Assembly: GCA_958009085.1 (NCBI GenBank)
Contig: OY253671.1
Coordinates: 1,116,001-1,180,000 of the forward strand
Length of the DNA: 64,000 nucleotides
Direction: 5' to 3'
DNA from: Protoeuglena noctilucae
Lineage: Eukaryota
Below the pieces are notes generated by a model. It ran no database searches. It saw nothing but the letters and a program-made list of their open reading frames with translations, and was not told the DNA's origin. Shown here one piece after another: positions 12,863 through 25,363 of the stretch. A program made the translations under genes and the position numbers. How positions within the stretch are numbered: position 1 is the first letter of the stretch; each line of letters opens with the position of its first letter.

Positions 12863-14056
12863 ATGGTGTCTCTCCGGTTCCAGAAGAGGCTCGCAGCCTC
12901 GGTCCTGGGCTGCGGGAAGGGGAAGGTCTGGCTGGACCCCAATGAGGTCAACGAGATCGCCATGGCCAACTCCAGTGAGCATCCGCGCCGCCGAGCGGGC
13001 GCGCCGTCTGACCTCCTGTCCCCCGAGCGCCTGGCCGGGCTCACCGCCCGCAACGCGGTCCCAGCGCGAGCTCGCCTTGTCGCGGCGGGCTTCCGCCCCG
13101 GCGCGGCGCGGCGGAGGGCCACGGGTCCGCGGACGAAGCGCTCCCGGGAGCGCAGGACCCCCGCGGGCCCGCGAGGCCGCGACGCCAGCTCGCTTGTGGC
13201 GTTATCCCTCAGCTGGCCGCTGTGCGCTTTCCCGAGCGCGGCTGTGCGGGCCCAGAAGCTGCACCCGTACCTCGCTGGCCATCTTGCGCCTCCCGGCACC
13301 GCCGAACCCCGATAAGCTCGTCCCCCTGTTTCACTTGTGAGCAGGGCAGGCCATTCGGAAGCTCGCGAAGGACCAGCTGATCATCCGCAAGACGAACGTC
13401 AAGCACTCGCGTGCTCGCGCAAGGAAGGCGGCCGAGGCCAGGAGCGAGGGCCGGCACACGGGGTACGGGAAGCGCAAGGGTACCAAGGAGGCCCGCATGC
13501 CCACGAAGGTGAGGCCCCCAAGCGCCCGGAGATCCTGCGGGGTGCTTTGCCGGCTGGGGCGCTGCGGTGGCCTGCCCGCGCGCGCCGGGCGCCGCGGCGC
13601 CCCAGAGCCCGCCGTGCTGCGCTGGGCGCGACTTGCTCTCTCGCACGGCGCCCCGCGCAGGTGCTGTGGATCCGCCGGATGCGCGTGCTCCGCCGCCTCC
13701 TGAGGAAGTACCGGGACGCGAAGAAGATCGACCGCCACCTGTACCACATCCTCTACCTCCGCTGCAAGGGTAACGTGTACAAGAACAAGCGCGTGCTGAT
13801 CGAGGCCATCCACTTCGAGAAGGCCGAGCGCATCCGCGAGAAGAACATCGCCGACCAGGTGCGCAGCGGGGAGGATGTCTCCCTGCGTCGGCGCGGTCAG
13901 GAGGTCTGTTTGATCGGCTTGGTGCCGTAATGCGCGCTGCGATGGCCCCGCCCGCAGCTGGAGGCACGCCGGAACCGCATGAAGGCCATGCGGACGCGCA
14001 AGGCGGCCCGGAGGGAGGAGCGGCTGGCGGCCGGCCCCACGGCCGACAAGAAATAA
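12863..14056 (+). CDS. RPL19: 60S ribosomal protein L19 (eL19), 4 exons
   Basis: [37 protein letters not shown] / RQAIRKL / [18 protein letters not shown] / [16 protein letters not shown] / [16 protein letters not shown]. Stop TAA at 14054-14056. Confidence 0.98.
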
Positions 14057-14771
14057 GGCGCCGGGACTGACAGCGGCGGGCGGCGCCCTCCTGGGCGGCC
14101 TGGCTCTGCTGCGGAAGGGGGGCGTAGGGCGTCGGGGTCGCTGGCTAGCTCCTTGGCCTGAGTATGCATGGATTGTGATCGGGCGAGGGTCTTGGCGGCT
14201 GCCGGGCCGCCTGCAGCCCTCCCATCGCCCACGCCCTGCACCCTGTCGAGCGCATGTTGGGGCGGGGGCGACTAGCCCCAGGCGCGGGTTGTGAAGGAGA
14301 TGTCGGCACACAGTTGCTTGGGACGGGGCAGCTTAGCCACGCTGCGGAGACGCGCATACATCCCAAAGCACTGCTGCCTTATGTGCAACGGCCTGCGACA
14401 GCCTGGGACTGGCAGAGGCATGCCAGAACTGCTGCCGCTACTTAAGTTTTCAAGGTCTTTAGACAGAAAACGGCCCACTGAGCATTTCTTCGTTACCGAG
14501 CTGCCGAGGGCAGACGTAACTCACGGCATACCGGCTTGGATTGCCACAATTTGTCCTCGGCCAATCAGGAGATCCCGGAGCGCTGGAGAGAGCGCGTTTG
14601 GGAATCCGCTGCCGTGGCTAGCTGCGTCTAAGAAGCTTTGTCGCTTCGCAGCACGCATCGCAGAGAGAGCCTCACAGTCGGGGAGTGGGGAGGGGTGGGA
14701 GGGGGTGCCCTCCTCTGCAGAGACGCCCTCGACGACACACGCTCGGGGAGGCCTCCCATGATTGCCGTCGC

Positions 14772-17700
14772 ATGAGTGGGTTCCGGATGGAGCCGTCGGT
14801 GGGACCGACTGGGCGGGTGCGCCTGCTGCATTTGCCTCGGGAGGAACTTCTCGCCCAGTATGGCAGGTGGGCAGCTCCGCGCTTGCCGCAAAGATGTGAA
14901 TATCCATTTCATGCTTCATGCGCACCCGCGGCGCCCATGGCGCCATTCCCAGGCGCCAGGAAGCCGACGCGGGGGCCAGGCTTGTGTGACACTCGCTGTC
15001 CGCAGCGCGGTGAAGCCGGAGATCCAGCCCGTGTGCGCTCCAAGATGCAAGACGTCGTTGTGTCCTTGCTGCAAGCGCGACAGCAGCGGGGAGCTCGTGC
15101 TCATCCGCGGGATACGAACCGTGGCCTTCTTTCTCTTCTGCTGCGTTGGCTCGATGAGGACGCTGGGGCCATGGATCCTCTCCGTCTTCGAGCTCCTCAC
15201 GATGGTGGCTCTTAACGTGGTCGTCAACCCAGGTACGCGCGTGGGGCAGCCAGTAGGCCGGTGCAGCCGACCTCGCGACACAACACGCCGCCACACCCGC
15301 TCCACCTCCACTTCCGCAGACAGCCCGTCCCCCAGTCACTTGCCGGGCAACATCCACAACTACGCCCTTAGTTTCTGCTGCCACGTGGAGGACGTGTTCG
15401 CCATCTCCATCGTTCGCTCCGTCGTCCTCTCCGTCGCCTACGGCGCAGGTGCCTGCACTAGCTAGTTGGCTCGTCAGTGCTCTCCTCGTCGATGACGTCT
15501 GCGCGCCGCCCTGCGCACAGCTGCAACCTCGTTGGAACAGCTGAGCACCTTGTATCAACCTACGACCGCAGGGCTCGTGCCGTCGTGCTCCTTTCTCGCC
15601 TACAGGGTCTTCGCCTGGGCCACCACCGCGCTGTCCCTCGGCTACCTCGCTGTGAAAGCGCCGCTCTTCCACTACAGCTCGAACCCGGCGCGTCTGGGTC
15701 TCCAGGTGGCCGTGTTCGCCGTCTCTGCCGGGTTTGCCCTCCTGCACCTGGGAAGCTGTTTCTACAGGTGAGGCGCACGCCGCGCATGGCCGTGCTGGCA
15801 CCGGTGCCGCGCTCTTCCGCAGCTCTGTGCATAAAGTAAGCAAACTGTCGATGGTGTGCTCCTCCTGCACCCGTGTCGTGTGCCTCACGCCGAGTGACGC
15901 CGGCCTTGCACTGTTGAAAGCCCTGCCTGCGGACACCCTGTCCGCAGTGTTGCCTGGCACCAGCGCCGGCGAGCCATGGGCCTCGAAGGCCTGGGAGGCC
16001 CTTTCGACAGCGAGGCGAGGGACGTGTGGCAGATCGTGGGGGGCACGCACGTGGCGGCGCCGGATGTGGAGGCGTCGGTCGCCGACCTGATGCAGCCAGA
16101 CAGCTGTTTCATCAACTTGTCCGGGCTCCGGGTGCACTACAAGATATGCACCCCGCCAGGCTGGGGCCGCTTCCGGGGGCCCTTAGGCTGCACGGCGGTC
16201 GTGCTGGTGCACGGCTTTGGCGCAGGCGCCTTTGCCTTCCGCCACGTGGCTCAGCAGCTCGCCAACGACACGGGGTGCGCGGTGGTGTCGTTCGACAGGC
16301 CCGGCTTCGGCCTCACGTCGCGCCCGAGGCCGCCCGAGTCGTCCCGGCGAGTTGCCTGCACCGCCACGCCCAGCTGCTGTGCCTGGCCGCCACGCTTGTA
16401 CGGAGATGCGACGGGCGCGCTCGGTCCGCTTCCCCGCCCGCAGCTTCTCGCCGTACAGTCCGACGATGCACGCACAGCTGGCCTTGGACCTCGTGCTCTC
16501 CCTGGGCTTCGACAGATGCATGTTGGCGGGGCACGCGGACGGGGCGCTCATTGCCCTCATGGCCGCCTCCTTCGCCATCACGGGCCCGCCCAGCCAGCCG
16601 GGGACTCGGCGAGCCTCCATGGACCGCGTGCGACCGATGGGAATGGAGCCACAGGTGACACCTCAGCTGGTGTCCCTATCCCATGCGCTGCTCACGTGTC
16701 ATCGCCACCACAAGTGTTAGTGTCCTTGCCGCCTCCGCGTCAATGCGTCTGTGAGATTAGCGAATGGTTTTTGCTGCTTTCGGTCCCCGCAGCACGTGGC
16801 GTGGATCTCGGACAGTCTGCGGGAGCGCGTCGGGACGCCCCTCAAGTCCCTCCCCCGCCACATGAAGCGCTGGTTCCAGGCTCTGGGAAGGGGATACGCC
16901 CCGCTGCGAGTGCCGGAGGACGACCACCCGCTCCTTCACGACGCCGCCCTGAGCGACCGGCACCCCGCAAGCCCGTCGTCGCTGAACGCCTCGCTCGCCA
17001 CCCCCTCCCGCCCGGGGTTACCCGCGCCAGCCGGCTCGCCCCTCGTCCCCGCGTCCCCTGCAGTCGACGTCGGGGGGCCGCGGCGCAGCGATCCGATGCA
17101 GGGCGACGTCCGCGGAGCTTCCGGGTCGCTCGCCCGCGATCCCGAGGCTGGTGCACTCCTCGCTGCTAGCCGGGACGCGACTGGGGAGGCCTCCTCTGCT
17201 CCAGCTCCGGGCTTAGAGATGGACCGACTGGGTCAGAACGGCTCCAGCCAGGCCGGCCAGGAGAGCCTGCCTCCGGAGAGCGCGTGGGAGGAGGGCGAAC
17301 GAGGCAAGGGGTGGGCGGGTAGTGTGACGGGGCCGCCGGGGCCTTCTGGCGGCTATGCGGGGAGCGGGGAGCGGCCGGTGCCGCCCTGGCCGCAAATGCA
17401 GCGCTTTGAGAGCCACGGCGCCACGGCAGGGGCGGAGGAGGGTGGGGCTGAGGTGCCAGAGGTCCTGGGTGTGGCCCTTCTGCACCCTTGCCTCCTGACA
17501 GAGGGCATCCCGCAGTTTGCCAAGATGTTCACCAAGACACGGCTGGGCCGCCAGATGCTCCTCCCGCTGCTGAGGAGCGAGGTGGGCGAGGTGGCGAACC
17601 GGCGTGCCTGGCACAACGCGGCAAGGCTGACGCCGGAGGTGCTGTCCCATTACAAGGTGCGAGAGAGGCGGCTGACCGGGCGTGAACACGATGCGGGGCG

Positions 17701-18069
17701 CGTCGGCGGCGCTGGTGCTGACAGGACCTGTGCTGTCGCCGCATGCAGGCCCCACTGCACTTGGCGGGATGGGACGTGGCCCTGGTGGAGGCGGTGCGGT
17801 GGCTGCGGCGGGAGGTGTCCGTGCCGGTCGTGCTGCACTACGCGGGCGTCGTGCGGGACGCCTCGGTCCCCGTGATGCTCGTCGCCGGCTCCCACGACTC
17901 CATCGTGCCCCCAGCGCAAGTGGTCAACATGGCGCGGTCGCTCCTGCCCCGCGCGACCATCGCGATCGTCCCCGAGTGCGGCCACATGAGCCACGAGGAG
18001 CGGCCCGCGGAACTCGAGGAGCGCCTCCACCAGTTTGTTGCCGGATGCGTGGGCACAGCCCCTCCTTGA
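14772..18069 (+). CDS. Membrane-anchored alpha/beta-hydrolase-fold protein (N-terminal TM helices), plant-type family; 5' end uncertain
   Basis: Hydrophobic N-terminal helices followed by VVLVHGFGAG, SFDRPGFGLTSRP, LAGHADG, LLRSEVGEVANRRAW, YKAPL..GWD, GSHDSIV and CGHMSHEE. Confidence 0.85.
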
Positions 18070-18223
18070 ATCACATGCTGTCTGTCAACCAACGCTGTGT
18101 AACCCAGCGCAGCGCTCTCCTTCCTCCATCTGTAGCTCCCCTAGGTCGCACAAACATGGTTCAAATCCGACTAGCACCCGGCGCTGGCAAACGCACGCGG
18201 CGGCTCCATGCATTAAGCTCAGC

Positions 18224-21200
18224 TCAGCTTTCCCACGACGCATCACTGCCGCCGTCGTTCCATCCCGGCAAATCCTCCCCGTCCCCGTCCACCTCCGCCG
18301 CGTCTCCGCTATCTCCGTCGCGGTGCGGCCCTGACTTCCCATTCGCGGCGCCCAGCCCGTCTTCCAATTCCAATCCACCATCCTCATCCATCCCGACCTC
18401 GCCGTCGTCGTTACCCTCGCCCCCAGTCGCCTGCTTCCGAGCCGCGCCAAAGTCGGTCGTCGCGTAGTCCAGGAGATACAAGTTGCCCTCACAGATGCGC
18501 TGGAGGTCGCCTTGCAACTGCAGCCGACACAAACACAGCCGTCACGCGGGGCTGGCGCAGGAAACAAGGGTGGCACGGAATGCCTGACCTCAGCGATCGC
18601 AGGAAAGCGTGCGGACAAGCGCCGTCGTCGCCAAGCGACCTCGGACTCACCGACTGCACCGCGCGTTGCAGGGCCCGCAGGGGCCCGGACGTCACGTGGC
18701 GGGGCATGGAGCGCAGCGCCTCGCCGTGCGCGACGCTGAGGGCGCGGGCCCACAGCAGGAGGAACTCCAGGTGCGGGCTGCCCGACAGCATCTCCGCCAG
18801 AGTGGCGAGCAGCCGGGGGACCACAGCAGGCGGCACACCCTGGGCCACGGGCGCCACCTCCGCCAGCGGGCAGGCCAGGATGGCTCGGGAGATGAGCGCG
18901 GGGTCGTTGAGGCGGAGGGCCAGGAGCAGCGCGCGCAGGGGCTGGCGGGCTGCCAGAGCGCGGTGCACGGCGGCGGGCGTGATGTCCTCTTCCAGGTCTG
19001 CGCAGGGGCCCACATAGATCGGTAATTATGGAAAGACTAGGGTTGGAACACGAGGAATGGATTACTTGGACGAGGTATGTGGTCGGGAGAGCTGAGTGAA
19101 ACGAGGGGTGCGAGCCATGAGTCATGCAGCCAGGCACAAGGTGCGTCGCAGCAGTGCACCTGTGGGGTCGAAGGTGGCAGCTTCATCCAGCGAATAGATG
19201 AGGACGCCCTCGGTGGTGCAGGCTGCCCACTGGCGGCCCGTGGGGCTGAGGGCGATGCACCGGGAACGCGCCACCGCTCGCTTGCCACCTCGACTCGCCG
19301 TGCCCGGAAGCCCCGAAGCCGCCGCGGCGTCCGCCGCCCGCGCTCCGAGTCCCTCGGGATCGTCGTCCTCGTCATCTGCAAAGAACAACGAGTAACTGGC
19401 TTGAATGATGGCTTGTTACACCCACCAGTGTGTGCCGCACCTACAGGACAAATGCCATATGCACCCCTAGCAGCCCGCTACTCAGTTCCATTCACATCCA
19501 CACACCCGCGATGTCGTCGATGAGGTCGACCGGGCCCGCCTCCGTCATGTTGCGCGAGTTGAGCTGGTCCAGCACCCCGGCCAGAGAGCGGTTGCGCGAG
19601 ATCTGGAAGCGCGCGAGCATGACGCGCTCCTGTGTGTCGTACACGCACACGTACTTGGTGGCCCCTCCACCCACCACGAACGCCCCGTCCGCCGAGTACG
19701 CCAAAGACGTGATGCACTTGCCAGACGACGCGTTGCCCGCGGCCCTGCGGTCCGTCGGCAGCCGGCCGCCCGCCACGTCCCTCCGCACGTCCAACGCGCC
19801 CTGCAGCTGCCCCGCCACGGCGTCCCAGAAGTGCAGGTGCCCATCGAGCGTGCTAGAACACAGCTGCTTGCCGCTCGGGCAGTGGGCCAGGGCCAAGACG
19901 TCGTGGCTGCGAAGAGTAGCAACAGAGGCAGATATCCCGACTGAGCCAGCGACCGAAGGGGCCGGAAGCGACATCCACATCGGCAGCCATGCTGACGGGC
20001 AGCACACCGCCCCGGCACAGCCCCCGCACCTGTGATGGAGGGTCTCCACGGCGACCTTGTTCCCCGAGAAGACGTCCCATACCTTGACCGTCTTGTCCCA
20101 GGACGCAGATGCGAGCAGTGGCCGCATGGGGTTGAAGGACAGCGCCACAGCCGGCCCCTCGTGAGCCGCCAGGACGTCCAGGAGCTGACCCGTGCGCAGG
20201 GACCACACGTAGATCTGCGCACGATCGCATATACAGGAGACAGTTGTTGCTATCACGCATGTGGCAACGAAGGGACCGTGTCGCTCAACGCCAGCTCTGT
20301 CGCTGCTCCCGTTGCATATCAAATCCCCATGTCCTATTCCCAATCCATGCATGTGATAAGTGTGTCGATACAGGGTTCCCACACACACCGCAGCTCACCT
20401 GGAATGTGTCGAGGGACCCCGCGCACACGACCTCGCCACCCGGGTCCACCGCAAGGGACGCGAGCTGCACGGGCTGCGGGGTCGCCATGGTGCGGAAGTT
20501 GCGGTACCGCACGAGGTCGTAGGCGCGGCAGGTGCCGTCCAGGGACGCAGAGACCAGGGCGGTGTTGTTGGGGAGGAAGGCCACCGCTGTCACGGGGGCA
20601 GTGTGGTCCGTGAATGTCACGAAACAGCTCCCGGCCGTCGCGTCCCATACTTTGACCTTGGCGTCGTCCGCGCCGGTGACCAGCAGGCCGCCGTCGGGGC
20701 TGTACGCGCACGTGGCCACGTCTGCAGGCGATGGGTGACGCGCGGGCGTCAAGGGTGCTGACGCCAGGCAGGGTTAGGGACCTCGCGATCCTCGCATGCA
20801 CCATTGCGGTGCGGCAAGAAGAGCCCCACAGTTAGTGAGACCATGCTTGCGCAGCCACGATCACCCCACCCCACGCGACCCGACCCATCGGCCTTGCTCA
20901 CCGTAGACGTGCCCCTGCTGCTTAAGCACGTACGTCTCGCTGCGCCACTCCCACACGAGCAGCTGCCCCAGGCGCGAACACCCGAGGGCCACCCACTCCC
21001 CGGTGGCGTCGAACTGGGCCGCAGACAGCGCTTCCCGGGACACGCTCAGGACGTGGACCTCCTGGAAAGACGCGACGCCGTCGCCGAGGCGGTAGAGCCC
21101 GAAGATCCCAGTCGAGAACCCCGCGACCAGCATCCCGGTCGAAGGGTGCAGGTCGCAGCACTCGGTCCGAGTCGCGTTCTGGTGAAAGAAGTCACGGCTC

Positions 21201-22201
21201 GCCAGCCGCCACCGGCCGCCCGAGTACCGCCGCCGCGCCGCCTTCGCGTCCTCTTCATCTCCGGACGAGTCGGAACCGGATCCGGACGCCGGGCCCGTCG
21301 CCTCTGCGCCGGGGGCGCCCGCTCGGACTGGCGGTCCCTCCCGGTCGTACTCCCAGCCAAACACGGCGCCGTCCCGCGAGACGGAGACGAGCTTGACGCT
21401 GCCGGTGGCCGAGTCCTCGCCGTCCGTGAAGAAGACGCCGACGGGGCGGTCCTTGTGGCCGAACAGCAACGGCACCGTGTACCCGGGGATGGGGTCGAGC
21501 GAGAAAACGCGGACAGCGAGGTCCTTGGCACCCGCGGCGACCCACAGGCTGTCCGCGCTCCACGCCAGGCACGTCACGTCCGCGCGCGACTGGCCGAACG
21601 TGTTGTGCAGGTGCATGGGCGAGGGCTCCTTGACCCCCGTTGGGGCGGCCCAGACCTGCACCAGGCGCCCCACCGCCACGGCGAGCCAGCGCCCGTCGGG
21701 AGAGAAGAGCGCGGTGCGCACGGGACCCTTGAAGGAGAAGTGGTGCAAAGCGACGCGCCGCAGGGCGTGCGTGACCACGGCGCGCCCGGTCTCATCGATG
21801 GCGAAAAGAACGCGCCCGTTCGGAGACACGGCGACGACGCGCACTGCACGGAAGGGGCCGGGGTCGAGAGTTGGAGACTGCCAGTCCTCTCTTGCACGCG
21901 TGCAAACGGGTCGCGGCCAGGCATCGCGCACCGGAGTGCTCCGTCTCGATGGGGAGGGTGGAGCCCACTCCGTTGGCCAGGTCATGGCATGATACGCGAT
22001 TCCCTGTGCACGCGGGCAGGGTCCGATGGGTGACGAACAACTTGCAAATGCGGCAGCCGGACGGCGGCGCCCGTGGGCCGCGAAGTGGTCTGCAGCACAC
22101 GCGTGCGCCGCACCGACGGCCGAGTAGAGCTGCTTTTCCGAGAACTGCACGTTGCCGCCCCTGTATGGAGCCCCCAGAAGGTTGTGGAACGTGTAGTTCA
22201 T
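18224..22201 (-). CDS. PWP2: PWP2/UTP1 WD40 SSU processome component (multi-exon)
   Basis: MNYTFHNLLGAPYRGGNV, LGQLLVWEWRSETYVLKQQGH, AYDLVRYRNFRT, ARFQISRNRSLAGVLDQLNSRNMTEAGP, FDP..LEEDITP and SPHLEFLLLW (Utp12 domain). Confidence 0.96.
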
Positions 22202-22799
22202 GGCTGGCGGCGGCCGGCGCCAAGGCCGGGACCGGCGGCCTAGTCGCGCAACACGCGGCCCCCGGCCGCCGCGACGGTCGGGCCGCTGGGGCCACTAGGG
22301 CGCGAGAAGATCCGCGATAATAGCCTCAACAACGTCGCAACTCAATAGCTTTGCAAAACACGCTATGTTCGCCGCTTTCCCCTGGGAGAAACGCAAGCTG
22401 CCGGCAGGGCTGATTGCGAGAATGCGAGCGCAAAGGCATTGACTGTGATGCAGAGGCAGTCGCTCATGATATGAAGTGAAGGGCGGGATGCATTTTCACG
22501 CCTTCGCAGCGTGCCTCGCTCTTGCGCTGCTCAGTCTGGCGCAAAGGGCAACCCCATGCGCCTTCAGAGAGGGCACGGCTGGCGGCAGGTCCAGCCATCT
22601 TTCCCAGCTCCGTGTATCTTGGGTGGCTGTGCTTGCGCCTGTCAGCAGGCGTAGCTGCGACAGCAGCTTGGCAGCAGCAGCTCTTCTCCTTGCATCGGTC
22701 CGCCAATCGCGGTTGAGCGAGGCATAGCGTGCTGAGAAGTGGTGGAATAGGAGGGGCGCGGATGGCCTGGCTGCAGCGGGCAGCCCGGCATGTGGCAGG

Positions 22800-25200
22800 C
22801 AAGCGCTGATCAGGCCGGCGGCACGAGTCCGCTCCCAGCTCCAGAGCGATTGGTCTTGCTGTTGCGTGCTCGCCGATGCGTTGTATACAGTGACAGCTAG
22901 CTCTCCGCCATCAGTCACACCTTTTTCCAGCGCAGGGGAGCTGCGGCTGCGAGGGGCACTCCGATGTCTCGCAACGGAGGGCGGGGCCGCCGATGCGCGA
23001 AGCGAGACCCTGTCCGTCATCACCCAGAGCTCATCTCGGCATGTTGAGGACTACGGTGAGAGGATGAGATCCTGCTTGGCCTGCGCGTCGCCCAGCGCGG
23101 GCGGCTGTCCCTGTCCTACTCAAGGCTTGCCTCGCGGCGCGCAGATGCTTCCGTCTTCCCGCTGTTCGCGACGGATAATGAGAGGATAAGGGAGTTTCTT
23201 GCGGTGAGGCTTTCGTCCCGGGATCGCCGAGCGAGCCCGGCGCCAGAAGAGGTCAGCAAGTCGCAGTGACCCCAGCCCGTGCTGCCCGCAGCTGACCACG
23301 CCCCGCATGCGCGAGGTGCTGGCCCTCGCTCCACCCGAGCGTCTCCCCCGCGCGCTGGGCATTCTCCCCAAGGACGTGCGCCGGCGCCTGGCTGCATCGC
23401 CCCGTGGCACGATTCGGCGGGTGATGGAAGGGCGTCCGTCCATGAAGAAGCGCCTGGGTGGATACACGGCGTCGGACTGGACGCACTCGCTCTTCTCGGC
23501 GCCGAGCGTGCGATACCCGATGTCACGCGCCGACCGCGCCTTCATGGAGGTAAAACACCGCACCTTTGCGCCAGGACACGCTCGGTGCAAACCCGCCCCT
23601 TGTGTGCTGCGTTCAGAGACCCTTTGTACGACTGACGAGGTTGGCGCCGGCCTTAGCCCTCAACCTTTGACCCCTCAACCCCTCTCTACTTGGTCTGCAG
23701 CGAGACATCCCGCCAGGCAACGAGTACCTCTTATACCTCGAAGGCATTAAGGGTCGGTCTCGGGACGCGTTCGAGGACGTCGTGTCGGGGATATCGCAAA
23801 TCAAGTTCCTCGAGGACCCAGAGAGGGACCCGATGGCGCCCCTGTCGGTCAACGTCGCGGCCATGCTAGACAAGGTCAGTGCTGGAGCTGTGAGCTTTAC
23901 ATGGAGGGCCGCGGCGGCAGGGCGGTGCGAGTAGGCGCTCGGCGTCTCGCGCAGGTCGTCGAGTGGCGGTCGGAGTTCGTCATGTCGCCCGGTACGAGGG
24001 ACAGCCACCCCGTCAACCGCAACGCCCGGCTGATGGTGCACGTGGGGGACCTGCAGCGCGCCTTGGGCCTCAGCGACGACACGGCGCGCTATCTGCGGAA
24101 GCTCGCGGGGGACCGCCTGCGGGGAGACGTGCTGGTGATATCATCCAAGGGGTGGCGCGCCCGGGAGGACAACCGGACCCAGGCGATCGAGGTGTGTGGA
24201 GCAGCGACGAGCGACCTGGGCTCTTTCGATTTTGAAATTGCGTTAAGGATGTGGCGAGGCATCTGCTTTATCTCTCCCTGTGGCTCGCAGTGGCTCCAGA
24301 AGTTGGTGGCAGCGGCAGTTAAGATGTCGAAACAGGCGGTGCCCCAGGGCGGCTGGGAGCCGAGCAAGGCCTTCTCGGGGACATCGTGGCTCCCGCCTGG
24401 GACGCAGCGGGTGGCGAAGCGGCTGCTTGCGCTGGAGGAGCGGGCGGGGCCAGCGTCGCCGTCAGAGGACCCGATTCAGGTGAGCAGTGGGGCCGGCTTG
24501 CGCGCGCCTGGGTCCCGCGAGGGACTTTCAAAAGGAACCGTATGTCAGGGTTGATACCGGTGTGATTTGACGACCCGACGGACCCCCTGATCCCATCGCA
24601 GGAGATGCGATCGTGGCGGGCGGCGTCGGCGGCGCTGCACATGGCGCCCCACGGGCTGGAGGTTCCCCGGTCGGGGCTGACGGGGGCGTCGCTGCTGGCT
24701 CAGTGGCCCAAGGACCGCATCCTGGCGCTGCGGGACCTAGCGCGCATGGAGGAGAGGGCCCTTGCCTCTGTGGAGCCTGCAGGTGCCGCCAGCGGGGCAG
24801 GCGCTGTCAGCGGGGCAGATGGCGGGGCGCTTTCAGACAAGGACGAACTCGTGGCGGCCGGCCTGGCGGGCCGCGTGGCTGCGCAAGTGGTGTCGGACTT
24901 CAAGGCAAGTTATCATGCATGGTGGTTCTAACAGCTGAGCGCGTATCATTGTTGCACGGCAGAGAGCAGAGCCTAACAGACGCTGTTGTACTGCGATGGG
25001 TGCAGAAGACAAAGGGCACGGCCATGGCGATGGCGGAACTCGAGCAGCGGCAGCTGTCCAGCCCCAACGACGTGGTGCGGGCGTGGGCGACGGCCGCGCA
25101 GGAACGCCGCATGAATCCGGGGGCAGAGGAGGAGTTGGATGAGAGCGAGGCAGACGACGCCGGGGTGGGAGAGACGGGGCCGGGTGTAGCGGAGAGCTAG
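22800..25200 (+). CDS. Mitochondrial ribosomal small-subunit protein mS35 (Rsm24/MRP-S28 domain) with long extensions; 5' end uncertain
   Basis: VVEWRSEFVMSPG..SHPVNRNARLMVHVGDL..LGLS..ARYLRKLAGDRL..DVLVISSKGWRAREDNRTQAIEWLQKLV matches the mS35 core as I recall it. The upstream exon is Arg/Ala/Ser-rich and presequence-like. Confidence 0.75.
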
Positions 25201-25363
25201 CTAGCGAGCGGGTGTGCAAGGCGCTATCTTGCGTGAGCTATCGGCCTAGTGGGGAGCGAGCGAATCAGGATGAACTCTACTTGCGAGAAATTAGGTCCTA
25301 CGACAAAAGAAGAGTCTGGAAGCAGCCAGACGAAGCAAACAGGGTGGCCTGCACTAGTCCGTC

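Noticed and set aside
14521..16137. 538-aa minus-strand ORF
   Set aside because: Antisense to the hydrolase gene, with no recognisable motifs.
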